From Eledone cirrhosa (taxonomy: Eukaryota): a stretch of 64,000 nucleotides of DNA. Of the stretch, positions 1 to 14,029 are shown piece by piece. The stretch is taken from NCBI GenBank assembly GCA_964016885.1, contig OZ024740.1, positions 400,148,001 through 400,212,000 of the forward strand. The letters run 5' to 3'. How positions within the stretch are numbered: the first letter of the stretch is position 1; each line of letters opens with the position of its first letter. The translations under genes were made by a program, and so were the position numbers. The notes under the pieces are model-generated. The model worked only from the letters and a program-made list of their open reading frames with translations, did not search any database and was not told the origin of the DNA.

Positions 1-780
1 GTTATTGTACAGCTCGTCTTGGAATGTTATTTCATTTATCGACCTCTAGGTGATGAAAGATAAAGTTGACTTTGGCATTAGTTTAATTCTGAACAAATAT
101 CGAGAGGCATTCTATCCGATCTCTTTAACATTACACCAAAACATATTAACAGAAACAGACCACATAAAATACAAAAAAAGTCTCTGGATACCCCCACCCC
201 CCCAAAAAAAATCCCGGATAAACATACTGCACCCGTTTATTTCTCCGTAAATAATAACTATCTACTTGAATGGACGATGATGTTCAAATCCTGATTTGAA
301 AAACTTCACTACCTGGTGCTATTAAGTTAGACATGGTTTGAGCAAATACTGGCCGAATCCTGTCAAAGTTATTAAAGTTATCCACCGCTCTAACGGCTCT
401 TCTAACTTGCTATGTTCGGTGTATTAACAGTTGTATATTAATTTTATTTTATTCATCTGCTTTTACTTATATATGGATATACAGTATACTTATGTGTTAA
501 AGTAAGAGGATATTTAAGTGTGTAATCCATAAAATATATACATATACATGTGCGGAAATTTAGAGCGTTCTAAATGAGGCGCAACGTCGTAGAACGGTCC
601 GCTTGCATTATGAAAATGTATTTAGTTATTAATGAAAGTATATAAGGTTTAATTTCTACCTGTAGATTCTATACATTTTCTCTTTCTTTACTCTCTTTGG
701 TTACACATGTTCCCATTTAATGAACATATATATATTGGATATTCTACCTCCCTAATTAAGAAAAATCGTATGTATATATC

Positions 781-822
<42 letters not shown>

Positions 823-1067
823 GAATATATATATATATATATATATACATATATATGTATATATATATATATGTATATATATATATGTATGTGTGTGTGT
901 GTGCGTGTGTGCGTGTGTGTGTAGGTATGTATGTTTGCAAGTAGGGGTAATTTTTCTAAATGTATTCATTCAAATATGCTCTTAAATTACTGAGCCTTAC
1001 ATACACATTTATGTACGCATGTACATACACATGTATGTATGTATATATGTATATATATATATATATA

Positions 1068-1115
<48 letters not shown>

Positions 1116-1139
1116 CATATTATATATATCTATATCATA

Positions 1140-1176
<37 letters not shown>

Positions 1177-1243
1177 TATATATATATCTATATCATATAT
1201 ATGTATATATATATATATACATATTATATATATCTATATCATA

Positions 1244-1306
<63 letters not shown>

Positions 1307-1321
1307 TATATATACATATAC

Positions 1322-1459
1322 ATTCATTTTAAGACTGAATAGTGAGTCTTGTTACTCTGGAGTTTCGCCAGTTTACCACAAGGTCATCAGATGACCCTGT
1401 AATAAACTGGCGAAACTCCAGAGTAACAAGACTCACTATTTACTCTTAATTAAATGAAT
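1322..1459. repeat. ~68-bp-arm inverted repeat next to (TA)n, centred on a hammerhead core
   Basis: gagtcttgttactctggagtttcgccagttta...ggtcatc mirrors gatgacc...taaactggcgaaactccagagtaacaagactc. The minus strand reads CTGATGA-cc..gg-cGAAActccagagTA; the 5' strand of stem I is lost at the fold-back. Confidence 0.85.
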
Positions 1460-1701
1460 ATTAAAACTCTACTCTGGTATTTAGTACACCTTTCTCTCAG
1501 CCGTCAACCTCGTGTAAATATTTAAATATGTATGTTAGTATGAATGTAAGCATGAATTTATCTTTATTATTTGCGCTTTATACAGGAGAGGTTACTGCTT
1601 TTTAATTTACATACATACGTACTCACACACACACAAATACGCACACACCCATTTATATATATATATATATATGTATGAATATATATATATATATATATAT
1701 A

Positions 1702-1737
<36 letters not shown>

Positions 1738-1756
1738 TATATATATATATATATGA

Positions 1757-1846
<90 letters not shown>

Positions 1847-2138
1847 CTGTGTGTGTATGCATGTGTATGCGTGTGTGTGTGTATGTCTCTGCGTTGATGA
1901 GTGTATGTATGAGTCTGTGAGAGTAGAGTACATATGTGCACAGAATAAATTTTGCTTGACGAAACAGGAAATTATGAACCAAACATGGTTTTCCTCTCCG
2001 TGTCCCCATGTTCATCTAGCGTGGGAATCGTTATTAGCGTGGGAGAAGCCATTAAAAAAATTCCGACATCTTGAACATTTTTTCCTAAAAAATGCAAGTT
2101 ACAAATAACTAGAGAAAATGCATTTTCTCACGGAAAAA

Positions 2139-2332
2139 ATACTTTAAACAAGAATTACAATAGCATATATAAACATATTAAAAATAATACTTTAAACAAG
2201 AATTACAATAGCATATATAAACATATTAAAAATAATACTTTAAACAAGAATTACAATAGCATATATAAACATATTAAAAATAATACTTTAAACAAGAATT
2301 ACAATAGCATATATAAACATATTAAAAATAAT
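2139..2332 (+). repeat. 48-bp tandem repeat x4
   Basis: aatactttaaacaagaattacaatagcatatataaacatattaaaaat repeated four times. Confidence 0.95.
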
Positions 2333-4779
2333 TTCATAATTTACAGGATATTACAAATTCAGAAATTAGCTTCAATTATTAAAGAACAAAATTTATGATT
2401 TTTTTTCACGGTTAAGATCATTAGCTTTCCAAACAACTTAGGTGACTTACTGTTAAATAGATACCATGCGATCTATATGTCCAAACAGAATGAGTGTCTA
2501 TTTGTTTCACAAATATCTCTGTATTATACAGAGTGAATTTGAGACAATAGAAGCAACCAGTGGAATAGATATTTATAGTCAAAATTAGACAGTAAAATGT
2601 AAAGAAACTACTAATTGTTTGAGTCGGCATATAGTGAATAAAAATAGTTGATAAAGTGGAATAAGTTAATGAGTCGCTAGAAAAAGAAGAGAATTACCGG
2701 TGGGTGCTTTATCGGAGGAGTAAGAATTTACTATCAATACAAAGTTATATATAGAGTCTAGTGCATGACACATGACTGCTCCTATCAAATAATTACGGAC
2801 ATGAGAATAGATGATAGAGTAGAATTCTTTAGTGTTATTAAACCAAACATTCCAAATTTAGGCGAACATTAAATACGTAAACTTATCAAAAATATTTGAG
2901 ATTCCATGATTTCTGACATCAAACATGTTATAGAACAATACTATATTTGTCTCCAAAAGACTCAGTAATACAACCAAATCTGTTCTCCAGAACGCTGTAG
3001 AATTTAATAGCTATTTTCCTCCAAAATTGGGGGTTTTGAGATTTATGTTATAGTGCTCGCTAGATACATTTTGCTGTTACAAAGAATACTTTGGGGGTTA
3101 AACATAGTAACACGTTTTAGGTAAGTGACTGTAAGATCGGTTTGTGGTTGTGAATTAATACACTTACATAATACATATAGACGTGAAGAGTTTCTGCTAT
3201 GCAGAATCCGATCTTTCGATGGGAAAAAAAGTTAATGGTAATACAATGAATGCTCTGAGGCAAGAGTTCGTCAGCATATAGATTTAGAGTCAGATGATTT
3301 CAGATCAGAGTTTAAACTAATCTAAGTAAAGTTAATTTCTTAAATAAATCCTTAGAATTAGGTAGTAATCAATACTTTCCATATAGTAAAACTAACGAGA
3401 AATTCAGTATATTAACATAAATCTCACGTTATTTTAGTTAGTTAATAACATTAATCACATATCCAGCTTATTACTTGAAACAATGCTACTCGTTATTATA
3501 AGGATTCATTAAAAGACAGTATCTTCAAAGATGGAATATATTACATAAAGAACAAGGCTAATATTCTTACATGTAAATGTATACAACGTTGGATGTTTTG
3601 GTGCAATTTGCCTATAGTTTAGACTTTCGGTCCAATGTTTCCAGGATATTCCTAATTGATACAAATACGAGTTTTCCAATATACAATAGATAGAATAAGT
3701 TCTTGGCTGAAGTAGGCATTAAAACAAGTTTAACCCTCACGCAGAACCAACGTTGCGCAATATGTAATAAGCTTGGACATATCCATTACAAATACAATTC
3801 ATCTGATGGGCTTCTACACAGTTTTCGTCCTCAAAATTTCATAACGAAAATACAAAGAATAATATTAACAGTTATAAGATTGGGTGTACTCTTATAGGAC
3901 ATGTCCTCTCCATTATTGTTTCCAGAATATACAATCTCTGTTTCACGGAGATGTCAAATTTCCTATTACAGCTTTCGATTTTCAACACAGCATCAAATTG
4001 CTGATTGCTTGCAGTCCTTTCTATCGCTGTTTAGTGAAGAATTTCCAACTACCAACATATCTGCATATATTTTCTACATAATAGATTTGCTATACCCCGA
4101 AAGGTGATCATATATAAAGTTATTCATCAATACAAAAACACCATCAACAGTATCTTCTTCCGTGGTCCACGTAGGCCTTTTGGGTAGGATACAGAAGAAA
4201 TTTATGAAAATATCACATATGTTTGTATGTGATGATGAACAAATGAATGTATAGCGCATTTTCAGACGTTTCTTTGGTAACCAATCAAATTTCGATGTAT
4301 AATTGACTTATAATATTTCGATGTGTTTGCGAATATCTTTGTTGCCTTTACGCTTCCAGTCCTTAAGCTATCGTAAACACGGGATTCAGATTCTTCAGAT
4401 TTGAATAAATACATACAAATTATATATTAGATACGTTATACAAATCTCTATACATAAACGATAATAAATCCATACATACAAAATTTAATGAAAGCTGCGT
4501 TGTCCCTTGCAGGAATTGGAAATTTGCAGGTCAGGAAGTAGGGAGTAGACGCAAGTGTTACTCTTAGTCACAACGCAATGGGTGTTTTGTCTGGAAGGAA
4601 ATAGTTTCCTTTTGATATTACAGCAAGATATAAATGTGTTGACTGATATGTGGCGAGCGTATGTGAGGGATGACAATGTGACAGGTGGCGTGGCTGAGAT
4701 GGGGCAATAGCAGAAGAAGGAATAGACAGGTATATGTAATAGAAGGGTGTATATAGAAATGTTATATCTATAGAAAAAT

Positions 4780-5425
4780 AGAAGTTATGATTTAAGATGT
4801 TCTCAAGGATGAAACTAAACTGGAAGCCCTTTTAAATGTTATATCAAAGTGAGTGGGGTTCCATTAAAGCAGGCGAAGAAGTTCACTTATCTCGGGGTTG
4901 TGTTAATGAATGATGGAAGGCAGAAGGCCCCGGTGATGCTCGGCGAAACCATCCGTTGGTAAACGGCCAATTTCTCCGATGTAGACAAAACTGGAGGTGG
5001 TGCAGCGGAAGGAGTCCCTAACTCGGAAGGCCTGACCGTGGGAACATGTGAGAGTTGAGGTGTCAGTGAGGAAGTTGCATATGTGGTAGCGGCGTCGGGA
5101 GGAGTGGGGGCCGGCGAAGGAGTTGGGAAGAAGAAAGGAACTGTGGTTGAGGAGATTCCGAAGGTAGCGTACACGATTGAAGGAGGGGTGGGAGTTGGTG
5201 GGTCCTGCAGGAGAGGGCGGAAGAGACGAAGGATCGTCATCTGGAGAGTAAATGTAGAGGGGTGCCAGTGAGTAGGTTGGTGGTGGTTGCAGAATGGGGT
5301 AGGTTGGGTTGGGTGGGGGGCCTCGATGCGCGGGCGTGGTTGCGGTCGACGTCACGGACACGAGTGTTGGCGGCTTGAATGAAAGTGGGTGGGGGCGGAG
5401 CATCACCGAGGTAACAGTCAAGCTA
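4780..5425 (-). mobile_element. Penelope-like element fragment (Cys linker + GIY-YIG endonuclease), degenerate
   Basis: ORF 4903..5421 ends ...RRRYHICNF...RDSFRCTTSSFVYIGEIGRLPTDGFAEHHR, matching the YIGETGR.L..RF.EH motif. Confidence 0.8.
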
Positions 5426-5472
5426 TATAATTAAGTTAGAAATGGCCTGGGCCAATACTAGCCGAAACTTAT

Positions 5473-5544
<72 letters not shown>

Positions 5545-5546
<2 letters not shown>

Positions 5547-5770
5547 TCTCTAGCGATCGACTTTCGTCAAATCGGACCGAGGAAACAATGTTTCCGTTGG
5601 TCTTTCCAATTGCTAGTACTATCTATCGGTCGCAACTCCAGGTAGAAGGAGCAAAGTGAAATAAAGTGCCTTGCTCAAGGACATAACGCATCGCCTGGTC
5701 CAGGAATCGAACTCACAACCTCATGATTGCGAATCCAATTCCCTAACCACTCAGCCACACGCCTTCACTA
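5545..5770 (-). mobile_element. tRNA-derived SINE, family B
   Basis: Minus strand gtggctgagtggttagg (A box) ... gagttcgattcc (B box) ... cttgagcaaggcactttatttc. Related copies at ~13470-13770 (+), ~22030-22200 (-) and ~32280-32435 (-). Confidence 0.75.
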
Positions 5771-6593
5771 TATATATATATAGAAGTTATGATTTGAGAT
5801 TTAAGATGTTCTCAAGGATGAAACTAAACTGGAAGCCCTTTTAAATGTTATATCAATGTTATATCAAAGTGAGTGGGGTTCCATTGAAGCAGGCGAAGAA
5901 GTTCACTTATCTCGGGGTTGTGTTAATGAATGATGGAAGGCAGAAGGCCCCGGTGATGCTCGGCGAAACCATCCGTTGGTAAACGGCCATTCGGAAATTG
6001 CGTTTCGCTAATTTCTACCCGCCGAAATGCGATTCTCGCTGAATTTATATTTGTCTGTATATATATATATATATATATTTTTAGATAATTCTATTGACTG
6101 ATTAATTGCTTAAGTTTATTTTAAAAACTACTCGGTCGAGAGCTTAATTCGATTTGTGCTGTTTTTGCAATTTTTGCATCGACTACACATACTGAATTCA
6201 TTTGCCAAATTTGGGGTTTTCTCCCCTGTAGAGTTACACATGTGCTTTCAAAACACTGTGAGATTCAAAACGCTGGCGCAGAACAAAATACCTGTTGAGA
6301 AAGTGATATCCTTGTTCGATCATTATACCAAAATCTTATTTTTTTAAGCAGACAGTATTATTGCTTTAGGTGTCGCAGAAACCCTGTACTGGGTAAATAT
6401 TTCATTCATATTTTGTTTGACCCGTTTAGCTTGCTTCGTTTTTTTGGCTTGGGTGGTCAGTTTGTATGGCCTTTATAACACATGTTTATTGCTCTGGTCT
6501 CTTTTGGTCCATGGAGCGCTTGCCAACACAATTCGGAAATTGCGTTTCGCTAATTTCTACCCGCCGAAATGCGATTCTCGCTGAATTTATATT

Positions 6594-6660
<67 letters not shown>

Positions 6661-6807
6661 ATGTATATATGTATATGTATTTATATGTGCGTGTGTGTGT
6701 GTGTTATGCGTCTCTGTGGGTGTACGTGTGTTTTATTATCTAAGTGCATACATATTTGTTTATATTTATTTTTAACTATGTATATATATATATGTGTGTG
6801 TGTGTAT

Positions 6808-6881
<74 letters not shown>

Positions 6882-9212
6882 TGGGGTAGGAATTATGTAA
6901 GGTCAGTTATGTAGCTTAGCAAGATATCAATCAAGTTAATTGTTATACTTGGCTGCATAATAATTAGAGTAGCTTTGTATAAAGTTTCAAATTGTTGGAA
7001 AATATAAATGGTATATCAAAATTAAATTCAATTTCGAAAATACAATTTACAATTTATTTTCATTCTGAATTTAGTCCTTGTACTGTTGCCATGCTTGTGC
7101 AACGCCTTCTAAAGTCTTATTGAAGAAATCGAGCCCAGAATATTTTCAACCACTTTAACTGTGGCTGTGATGTTTGCCAAAACCACGTAACATTTGTTCG
7201 CTCCTCTTTATATATACACATATATATATATTAATAATTTGACGAAATCCCAATACCGCAAGGTGCCTCACGCAATGTTTCCACTCACCTATAGATTTGA
7301 GACTAAGTGTACATCTGACAAACTATTATGATTTTATCCTGGGGTTATAACACACATTTATATTTGTACAATATTTTATGGAATGAATCGTCATTCCAGT
7401 TTGAAATCAACAAATTTTGATAAAATATACACAGATGAATGCTAGAATTCAGGACACTTGTCATTTCAATAATAAATAGAATACCTTATTACTAAATGAG
7501 GATGCATGAACGTATTTGAAAATTCGAGAATCTACATGTCATTAGTAAACTATTATACATATTTACCTCGACTTGCACCTTTTCAGTTACTACATTATGA
7601 GTTGATGTTACTACATCTGTTTATGATGTTGCAGTAGATTTTTTCTTTGCAGCGTCACTACCCCTATTCCAAAGTAATCTTTAACCTTCAAAATATCTAG
7701 GGTTTATTCAGATATTTTTTATAAGATATTTCAGAATACTTTTTGTGGATTAAGGTAGACCTGTAATTGATTATTTTGTTTCGTTTACAGTTCTACATAA
7801 TTCTTTTGGTTCTTGCTTGACAGCAAAACTTTAACTTTGAATGAATTAGAATACATGATTTTAAAACGAATTTTGCTGAAGTCGTAGATAGTAGATAAAT
7901 AAATATTATTATTCTTTAATAAGAATAGTGATTTTGATGTAATGATTTTTAGAAAAGTAGTTTAAGTTTCTAATACAAATATCTGACATCACATAGTGTT
8001 TTGTCTTTTCTTGTGGGTTTTAACGCAGCTAGAAAAATACTAAGATTTTTGTTATTGTAAAGCACTCAGTTTATTAGATCTGCAGCTTTTTCGCTTAACA
8101 ACCCGCATCATTTAGGGAAGTTTGAAAAAAAATGTCATATATTCCCATTGAAATAAGCGTGTGTAGTTAGTACTTTCCGAAACGGGGTGTTGATCGACAT
8201 GTGGATGTATGTATGAATGTCTATGGGTGATCTGGCATATATGAGTATAAATGTGCGTGTACATATGTGTACATGTGTGAGGATTTCTAAATGTCAAAAA
8301 AAGTTTGTACGAGTGTTTATGCAATAAATCTAATGCTAATTACATCTAAACGTGACCTGTTGCGTCTGTTGAATGTAAACACAGCTAACTGTCTAACTTA
8401 TCCTCACAATCCTGTTGATATACACCTTAACTCATTCACTCTTGTGGTGCAAGAAAGAAAAAATAGCTCAACATAATTGTTTCTCTCAACATAATGAAAG
8501 ACTGACAGACATAGTAGAATAAAATAGGAAACTGGTTGAGAAAATGTTTTAGAATTATGGAAAGATAAACAAGATGAAAGATAGAACGATACAGATAGAT
8601 AGACAGGTAGATAGATAGAGGGACATGGAAAGGGATACAGAGAAAGGGGGAGATAGAGGGGAGAGAGAGAGAATGAGTTGAAAAAACGAGTGAGAGATAT
8701 TGATGGATGGAGATATTTAAACAGAAAAGAAAATATAGCAAATCTGATAAATAAGAAGGATGCCACCCAGAACAAAGGAAAGAGACAGAAGAAAGAAATA
8801 GAACAAAATGAAAAACAGAAGAAAAAAATGTCACACAGAAGGAAGGAAAGTTTAAAAAATGACATGTAGCAAATAAATAACCAGTCAAAGAGGGAACATG
8901 GATCAGAAAGAGGGGGAGGGGCGATAGGGGAAAGAGAAATATTGAGAAAGTCGAAGAAAGAGAGAAGCGTTTTGACCTGAAGACGAACAGAAAGAAAGAC
9001 ATAAAAATATGATAGACAGAGAGGAAGAGTGAACGAGGCAAAGAGAGATAGAGATGGTAGAAGAGAAAGGTGAGAAAAAAAGAAGTAGCAGTAGAGTAAA
9101 TATGAACGAAAGCATAAATAAGATATGAAAAAAGAAAGTATGTATTCTGTTGGAATGGTGTTGATTTCAACGGTGTCACAGTTGTTCTTACAACGGAACA
9201 ACCTGCACCTGA

Positions 9213-9391
9213 AATTGTTTCTACTTTTGGCACAAGGCCATCAATTATCCAGTGCATTACTGGTACTTTATTTTATCGACCCCGTAAGGATGAAAGACAA
9301 AGTTAACCTCGGCAGGATTTGAACTCAGAATGGAAGGGCCGTAACTCTATACGTCAAAGCATGGCCTCCGACCCTCTACCGATACTGCTAA
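9213..9391 (-). mobile_element. tRNA-derived SINE, family A
   Basis: Minus strand gcagtatcggtagagggtcgga...gagttcaaatcc...ctttcatccttacggggtcgataaaataaagtaccag...gccttgtgccaaaagtagaaacaatt; many copies in the window. Confidence 0.85.
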
Positions 9392-9668
9392 ACCTGAAAT
9401 TAACGCGGGATTAGACTAATACTACCTTTAGTCGAAAATATCCACCACATAACTTATTATAGTCTGGCGCTAATTTTATCGATCTCTATTTGTCGAAACC
9501 CTACTTACTGGACATACCTGGACACAACACACACACACACATACACATATATATAGTAGACAGTCAGAGCCCAACGACTGAACTCTGGCCGTTTCCGCAG
9601 CAACTATTTCGCCGCCTGGCCCCGACTCTCTTCTACATTCCTGATATATATATATATATATATATATA

Positions 9669-9800
9669 TAGGAACCAGTAAGACCCCGAGCTCAGCCGTC
9701 GGGGTCTTACTGGTTCCTATTACCCACTCTACTACCCCAAGTATTGAGTACTTTGGTGCGTTATGGTCCCCCTGGTTCCTTACCACATTTCCTTCGTTAT
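9669..9800 (+). mobile_element. (TA)n-flanked micro-element (3' remnant of a hammerhead + tail) with a short inverted arm
   Basis: ataggaaccagtaagaccccga / tcggggtcttactggttcctat hairpin; near-identical to 57972-58230 on the opposite strand. Confidence 0.8.
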
Positions 9801-9810
9801 ATATATATAC

Positions 9811-9933
<123 letters not shown>

Positions 9934-10441
9934 TACACATTTTGAATCGGACTTTTAAAATGCCAGCATACGAATAACACGTTATCTTGGCTCGCCTTAG
10001 TTTCCTCAACTTTTCTTTTGACAAAGGGATTTTATCCCGAATTATGAAGGACTAATTAAAAGGTTCCACGTTAACACTCTAGCAACTGTAGTATCATTAT
10101 CCTTAAATGTTATTTCTTTATTTGGTTTGCTGTAACTCGTTAAAAACATTAATGTCAACAGTGTGTAAAGTGATTCAAGCCAGCTACAACACCCTCCTAT
10201 ATATAAAATATTTTTCCCTAGAAGGGTGGAAATAGACCGCAGTTAATAATGGTACTCAGTGCATTAAGGAGAGAAGGTACACAATAAGAACTATCACTTA
10301 TTCGTTCGGTTTAAATCACAAGGAGAGGACTTTCCTGATGATTTTAACCCCGAACGGATCTTTGCTGAACCTGCAGAAGTAATTTCCACATTGTGATTTG
10401 TGATTGTAGAGTGAATATGTATTTATTGTGTGAATATGTAT

Positions 10442-10502
<61 letters not shown>

Positions 10503-10549
10503 GTGTGAGGGGGGGGGGTTATGTGTGTGCGTGTGTGTGTGCGTGCGCT

Positions 10550-11150
10550 TATGAATGCACTCATCCTGGGATAGGAAATGTTCAAGGAAGCCAACTGGAT
10601 CTGCCTCAAACAATGTCCCCGCGATGTGATCAGGTTGGTGCGCTTTTGATCAGGTGTCAGAAGACGTGACACCCACTGAGTAGAAACCTTCTTCATGCGA
10701 AGTTCATTGTGCAGAATATTCTCGACTCCGACTCAGGATATGCTAATAGCATTGGTTATTTGATTTATAGTCAATCGCCTGTCATCCATCACCATGTGGT
10801 AAACACAATTATTGTTATTATTTTCGGTGGTGGTATTTGCAGGACGTCCAAAGACCTTGGGTCATCTTCAAGAGTTCTCTTTCCCGTCCTAAATTCAGCT
10901 GCCCTCTTTTGCACTGTTGATAAAGCTGGAGTGTCACCTCCTAATCTGCTGGCACTTCATACCTCAATGCCAAATTTTGTCCATTTTCAAAAAAAGTCGC
11001 TACTAGTTACTTCTGAAATCTTTAGATCTTAATTACCTGTGAAGAACAATATAGTTAATAATAAGAGTTGAAATTATTGCATGCAAGATGTTCCAGCTCT
11101 CGCATCACTCCTTCATAGTCAGACTATGAATGTTTCAGGCCAACCTCGTA
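10550..11150 (-). mobile_element. mariner/Tc1 transposon, 5' half, degenerate
   Basis: TIR-like TA|cgaggttggcctgaaacattc at 11150; ATG at 10984 (MDKIWH); MKKVSTQWVSRLLTPDQKRT (WVPRLL motif); FEADPVGFLEHFLSQDEC (first catalytic D). Confidence 0.85.
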
Positions 11151-11423
11151 CTAAAATTCCAATTAATAAGAAGTAATTGAATATGGCATGTATTGGCGAA
11201 TGACTCAGCTTTTTAGTAGACGAAGCAGAGTTTAATCGTAACTGCAAAATCTGAAAATGGCTTTTCATGAATGAACATCGAGTGGTTTGTCCTGTTAGGA
11301 GATTGACTGGAGTAAAACACACAGGGACACCAGCTGCATTCGTCATAGTATAGTAAAATGTAAAATAGATCCTAGATGTAGTGAGCCAAGTAATATTGAT
11401 TAATCAAAATATTTACATTAGTG

Positions 11424-11490
<67 letters not shown>

Positions 11491-11571
11491 TTATATGTAT
11501 GTATGTATTTATATATATATATATATGTGTGTGTATCACTAACGGAAGCATTTTAATTAATTAATATTAAT

Positions 11572-11604
<33 letters not shown>

Positions 11605-12219
11605 AAATAGATAGCTAGATAGATAAATAGATAGATAGAGAGATAAATAGATAGATACATTTCTTTATTAGCCACAAGGGCACAAAAGAAGGGGACAAAC
11701 ACAAATGGGGAGTTTAGATAAATAGATAGATAGATAGTCAGATTGGTGTATAGTTGATGATAAAACAAAAGGTGTCCAAGAATAAAAGAACAAGAATAAA
11801 CTAGAATAGAAGTACAAAACAAGTGGCAACAGAATGAAAACATGAATGAAAGGGAAACAAAATATTACACATAATAAAGTAATAAAATAAAATAACAAGG
11901 TGAAAAAATCTTGAATGAATCAAATGTTAAAAATCTAATGAAGACAAACAAGAAAGATAAACAATAATAGCAAGAAAAAACATAAAGATCTAAGAAGACG
12001 AACGGCAACAATAACGTCAGAGATTATTACCAAGAAACAGGGCGGAAGTGCCACGTTTAGCAGCCAAGCCGAAAGGCGACGGCACGGCTTCCCTTGTGTT
12101 ATTGTTGTTCTTGGCTGTAATATAAACCCTTCTGTTCCATGACTTTAAATAAAACTAAAATAACTACATAAACAACAACTACAATAACAATTTCAAAAAG
12201 AAAAAAAAAAGAAATCGCA

Positions 12220-12450
12220 CCCACCACTACACCACCACCACTACCACCACCACTACATCACCACTACCACCACTACCACCACTACACCACCACCACTACC
12301 ACCACTATCACCACTACCACCACTACCACCACCACCACTACCACCACCACCACCACCGCTACCACTACTGCTACCACCACCACTACGCCACCACCCCCAC
12401 TACCACCACCACCACCACCACCACACCGTCACACCACCAACACCACCACC
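12220..12450 (+). repeat. (CAC/CTA)n degenerate trinucleotide tract
   Basis: Direct reading. Confidence 0.9.
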
Positions 12451-12840
12451 GATATAACTATTACTAATACCACATTAGGCTCCACTATGTAGTTTTATAG
12501 TTAACATCAACTTCAACTTTTATCGTCACCCCAAACCAACGGGGCACGGAGCCTATATGTGGGTGTAGGACATGCAAGAAATAGCAGCCAAATTCCATCA
12601 AATTAGACCATTCTTTTCATATTAAAATTGTAAGGACACATTTGTTAAAATTGTTCTAATAAGAATGTGTAGAGGTGGTCAAATACGGAAGGCATTTGGT
12701 CATATATTTAATCATTCAGAACTGATCAGAATTTAAAGCACAACCTATACGCCATGTCTTCTGCAACAATATATAATCCAAATACCACCACAACGAAAAC
12801 CATCATTATCATTAAAACATCTTTCCTTCAATGCCACCAA

Positions 12841-13006
12841 CGTCGGACGCCGTGATTTACATCATAGAGTTACACCCCTTTACGGTCTGAGTTCAAATCC
12901 CGCCGAGGTTAACTTTGACTTTCATCCTTACGGGGCCGATAAAATAAAGTACCAGTAATAGACTAGGATAATTGCTGGCCTTGTGCCCCAAATAGAAACA
13001 ATTATT
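12841..13006 (+). mobile_element. SINE family A
   Basis: gagttcaaatcccgccgaggttaactttgactttcatccttacgggg...tagaaacaattatt. Confidence 0.85.
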
Positions 13007-13275
13007 TATAAGGTCACCACCACCACGACCATCACCACCGTCACCATACATCCAATATTACTCTGTCTATCATCAAAACCAATGTAACACACACATACAA
13101 CCACAGCAACAACAACAACACCACCAACAACAACTATTACTACTATCACCACCACCATGAAATAAACCATCATCCCCACACCCACTTCGACTATTTCCGT
13201 TATATTTAACCCCTACCCACTACTACTGCCACTACCACCACCCGACCCAGAAGAACAAAAAGTACTTTTCTACTG

Positions 13276-13456
<181 letters not shown>

Positions 13457-14029
13457 CAAATATTACGAAATAAATGGTTCATGTGTTTGGCTTATGATCG
13501 TAAGGTTCTGATTTCGATTCCTGGTTGAATCTTTGAGCAAGGCACTTTATTTCCCGTTACTCAGTGGACCTCCATTGGAAGAAACGCATTGTACATGGAA
13601 TTCAAAGAGTCAATCATGTCCCACATTCTCACGCTGCATCTTCACGAGAACTACATTAGGGTACACGTGACTGTGGAATGCTCAGCCACATGCATATTCA
13701 TTTCCTGTGCAGACAACTGGGACAGGCATCGTCGCAACCAGCGGAGATCCATGAAAGGCACACTGCTATAATATCTAATATGAAATCGTCCATCACAAAC
13801 ATCAGCAACAGAAGCAGTAGGATCACCACCACGTTCACCAACTGTACCGCAACAACCAACAACTGCACAACTATCACCACCACCACCAACAACAAAGCCA
13901 CTATTAACGCCACCACCACCACCACCACCGCAACGACTAAAAGAAGCAATGCAACCATCACCACCAACAACAATAAACCCCCCACTAACGCCATCACCCC
14001 CACCATCACCACCATCATCAACACCAGGT

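Noticed and set aside
688-2108. YI/HT/CV-repeat ORFs here and throughout the window
   Set aside because: Translations of (TA)n, (CA)n and (GA)n microsatellites
2340-4390. Possible very old Penelope (ARVRQH, ~3260 +) and CR1-like RT (KIYADM, ~4070 -) relics; similar traces at 6130-6520 and 33550-33950
   Set aside because: Only isolated short motifs are visible by eye; too degenerate to call
8404-9257. Longest ORFs in the track (265 and 273 aa, F/L/S-rich); likewise 50690-51406 and 26309-27034
   Set aside because: Low-complexity purine/pyrimidine-skewed tracts that lack stops; no domain motifs
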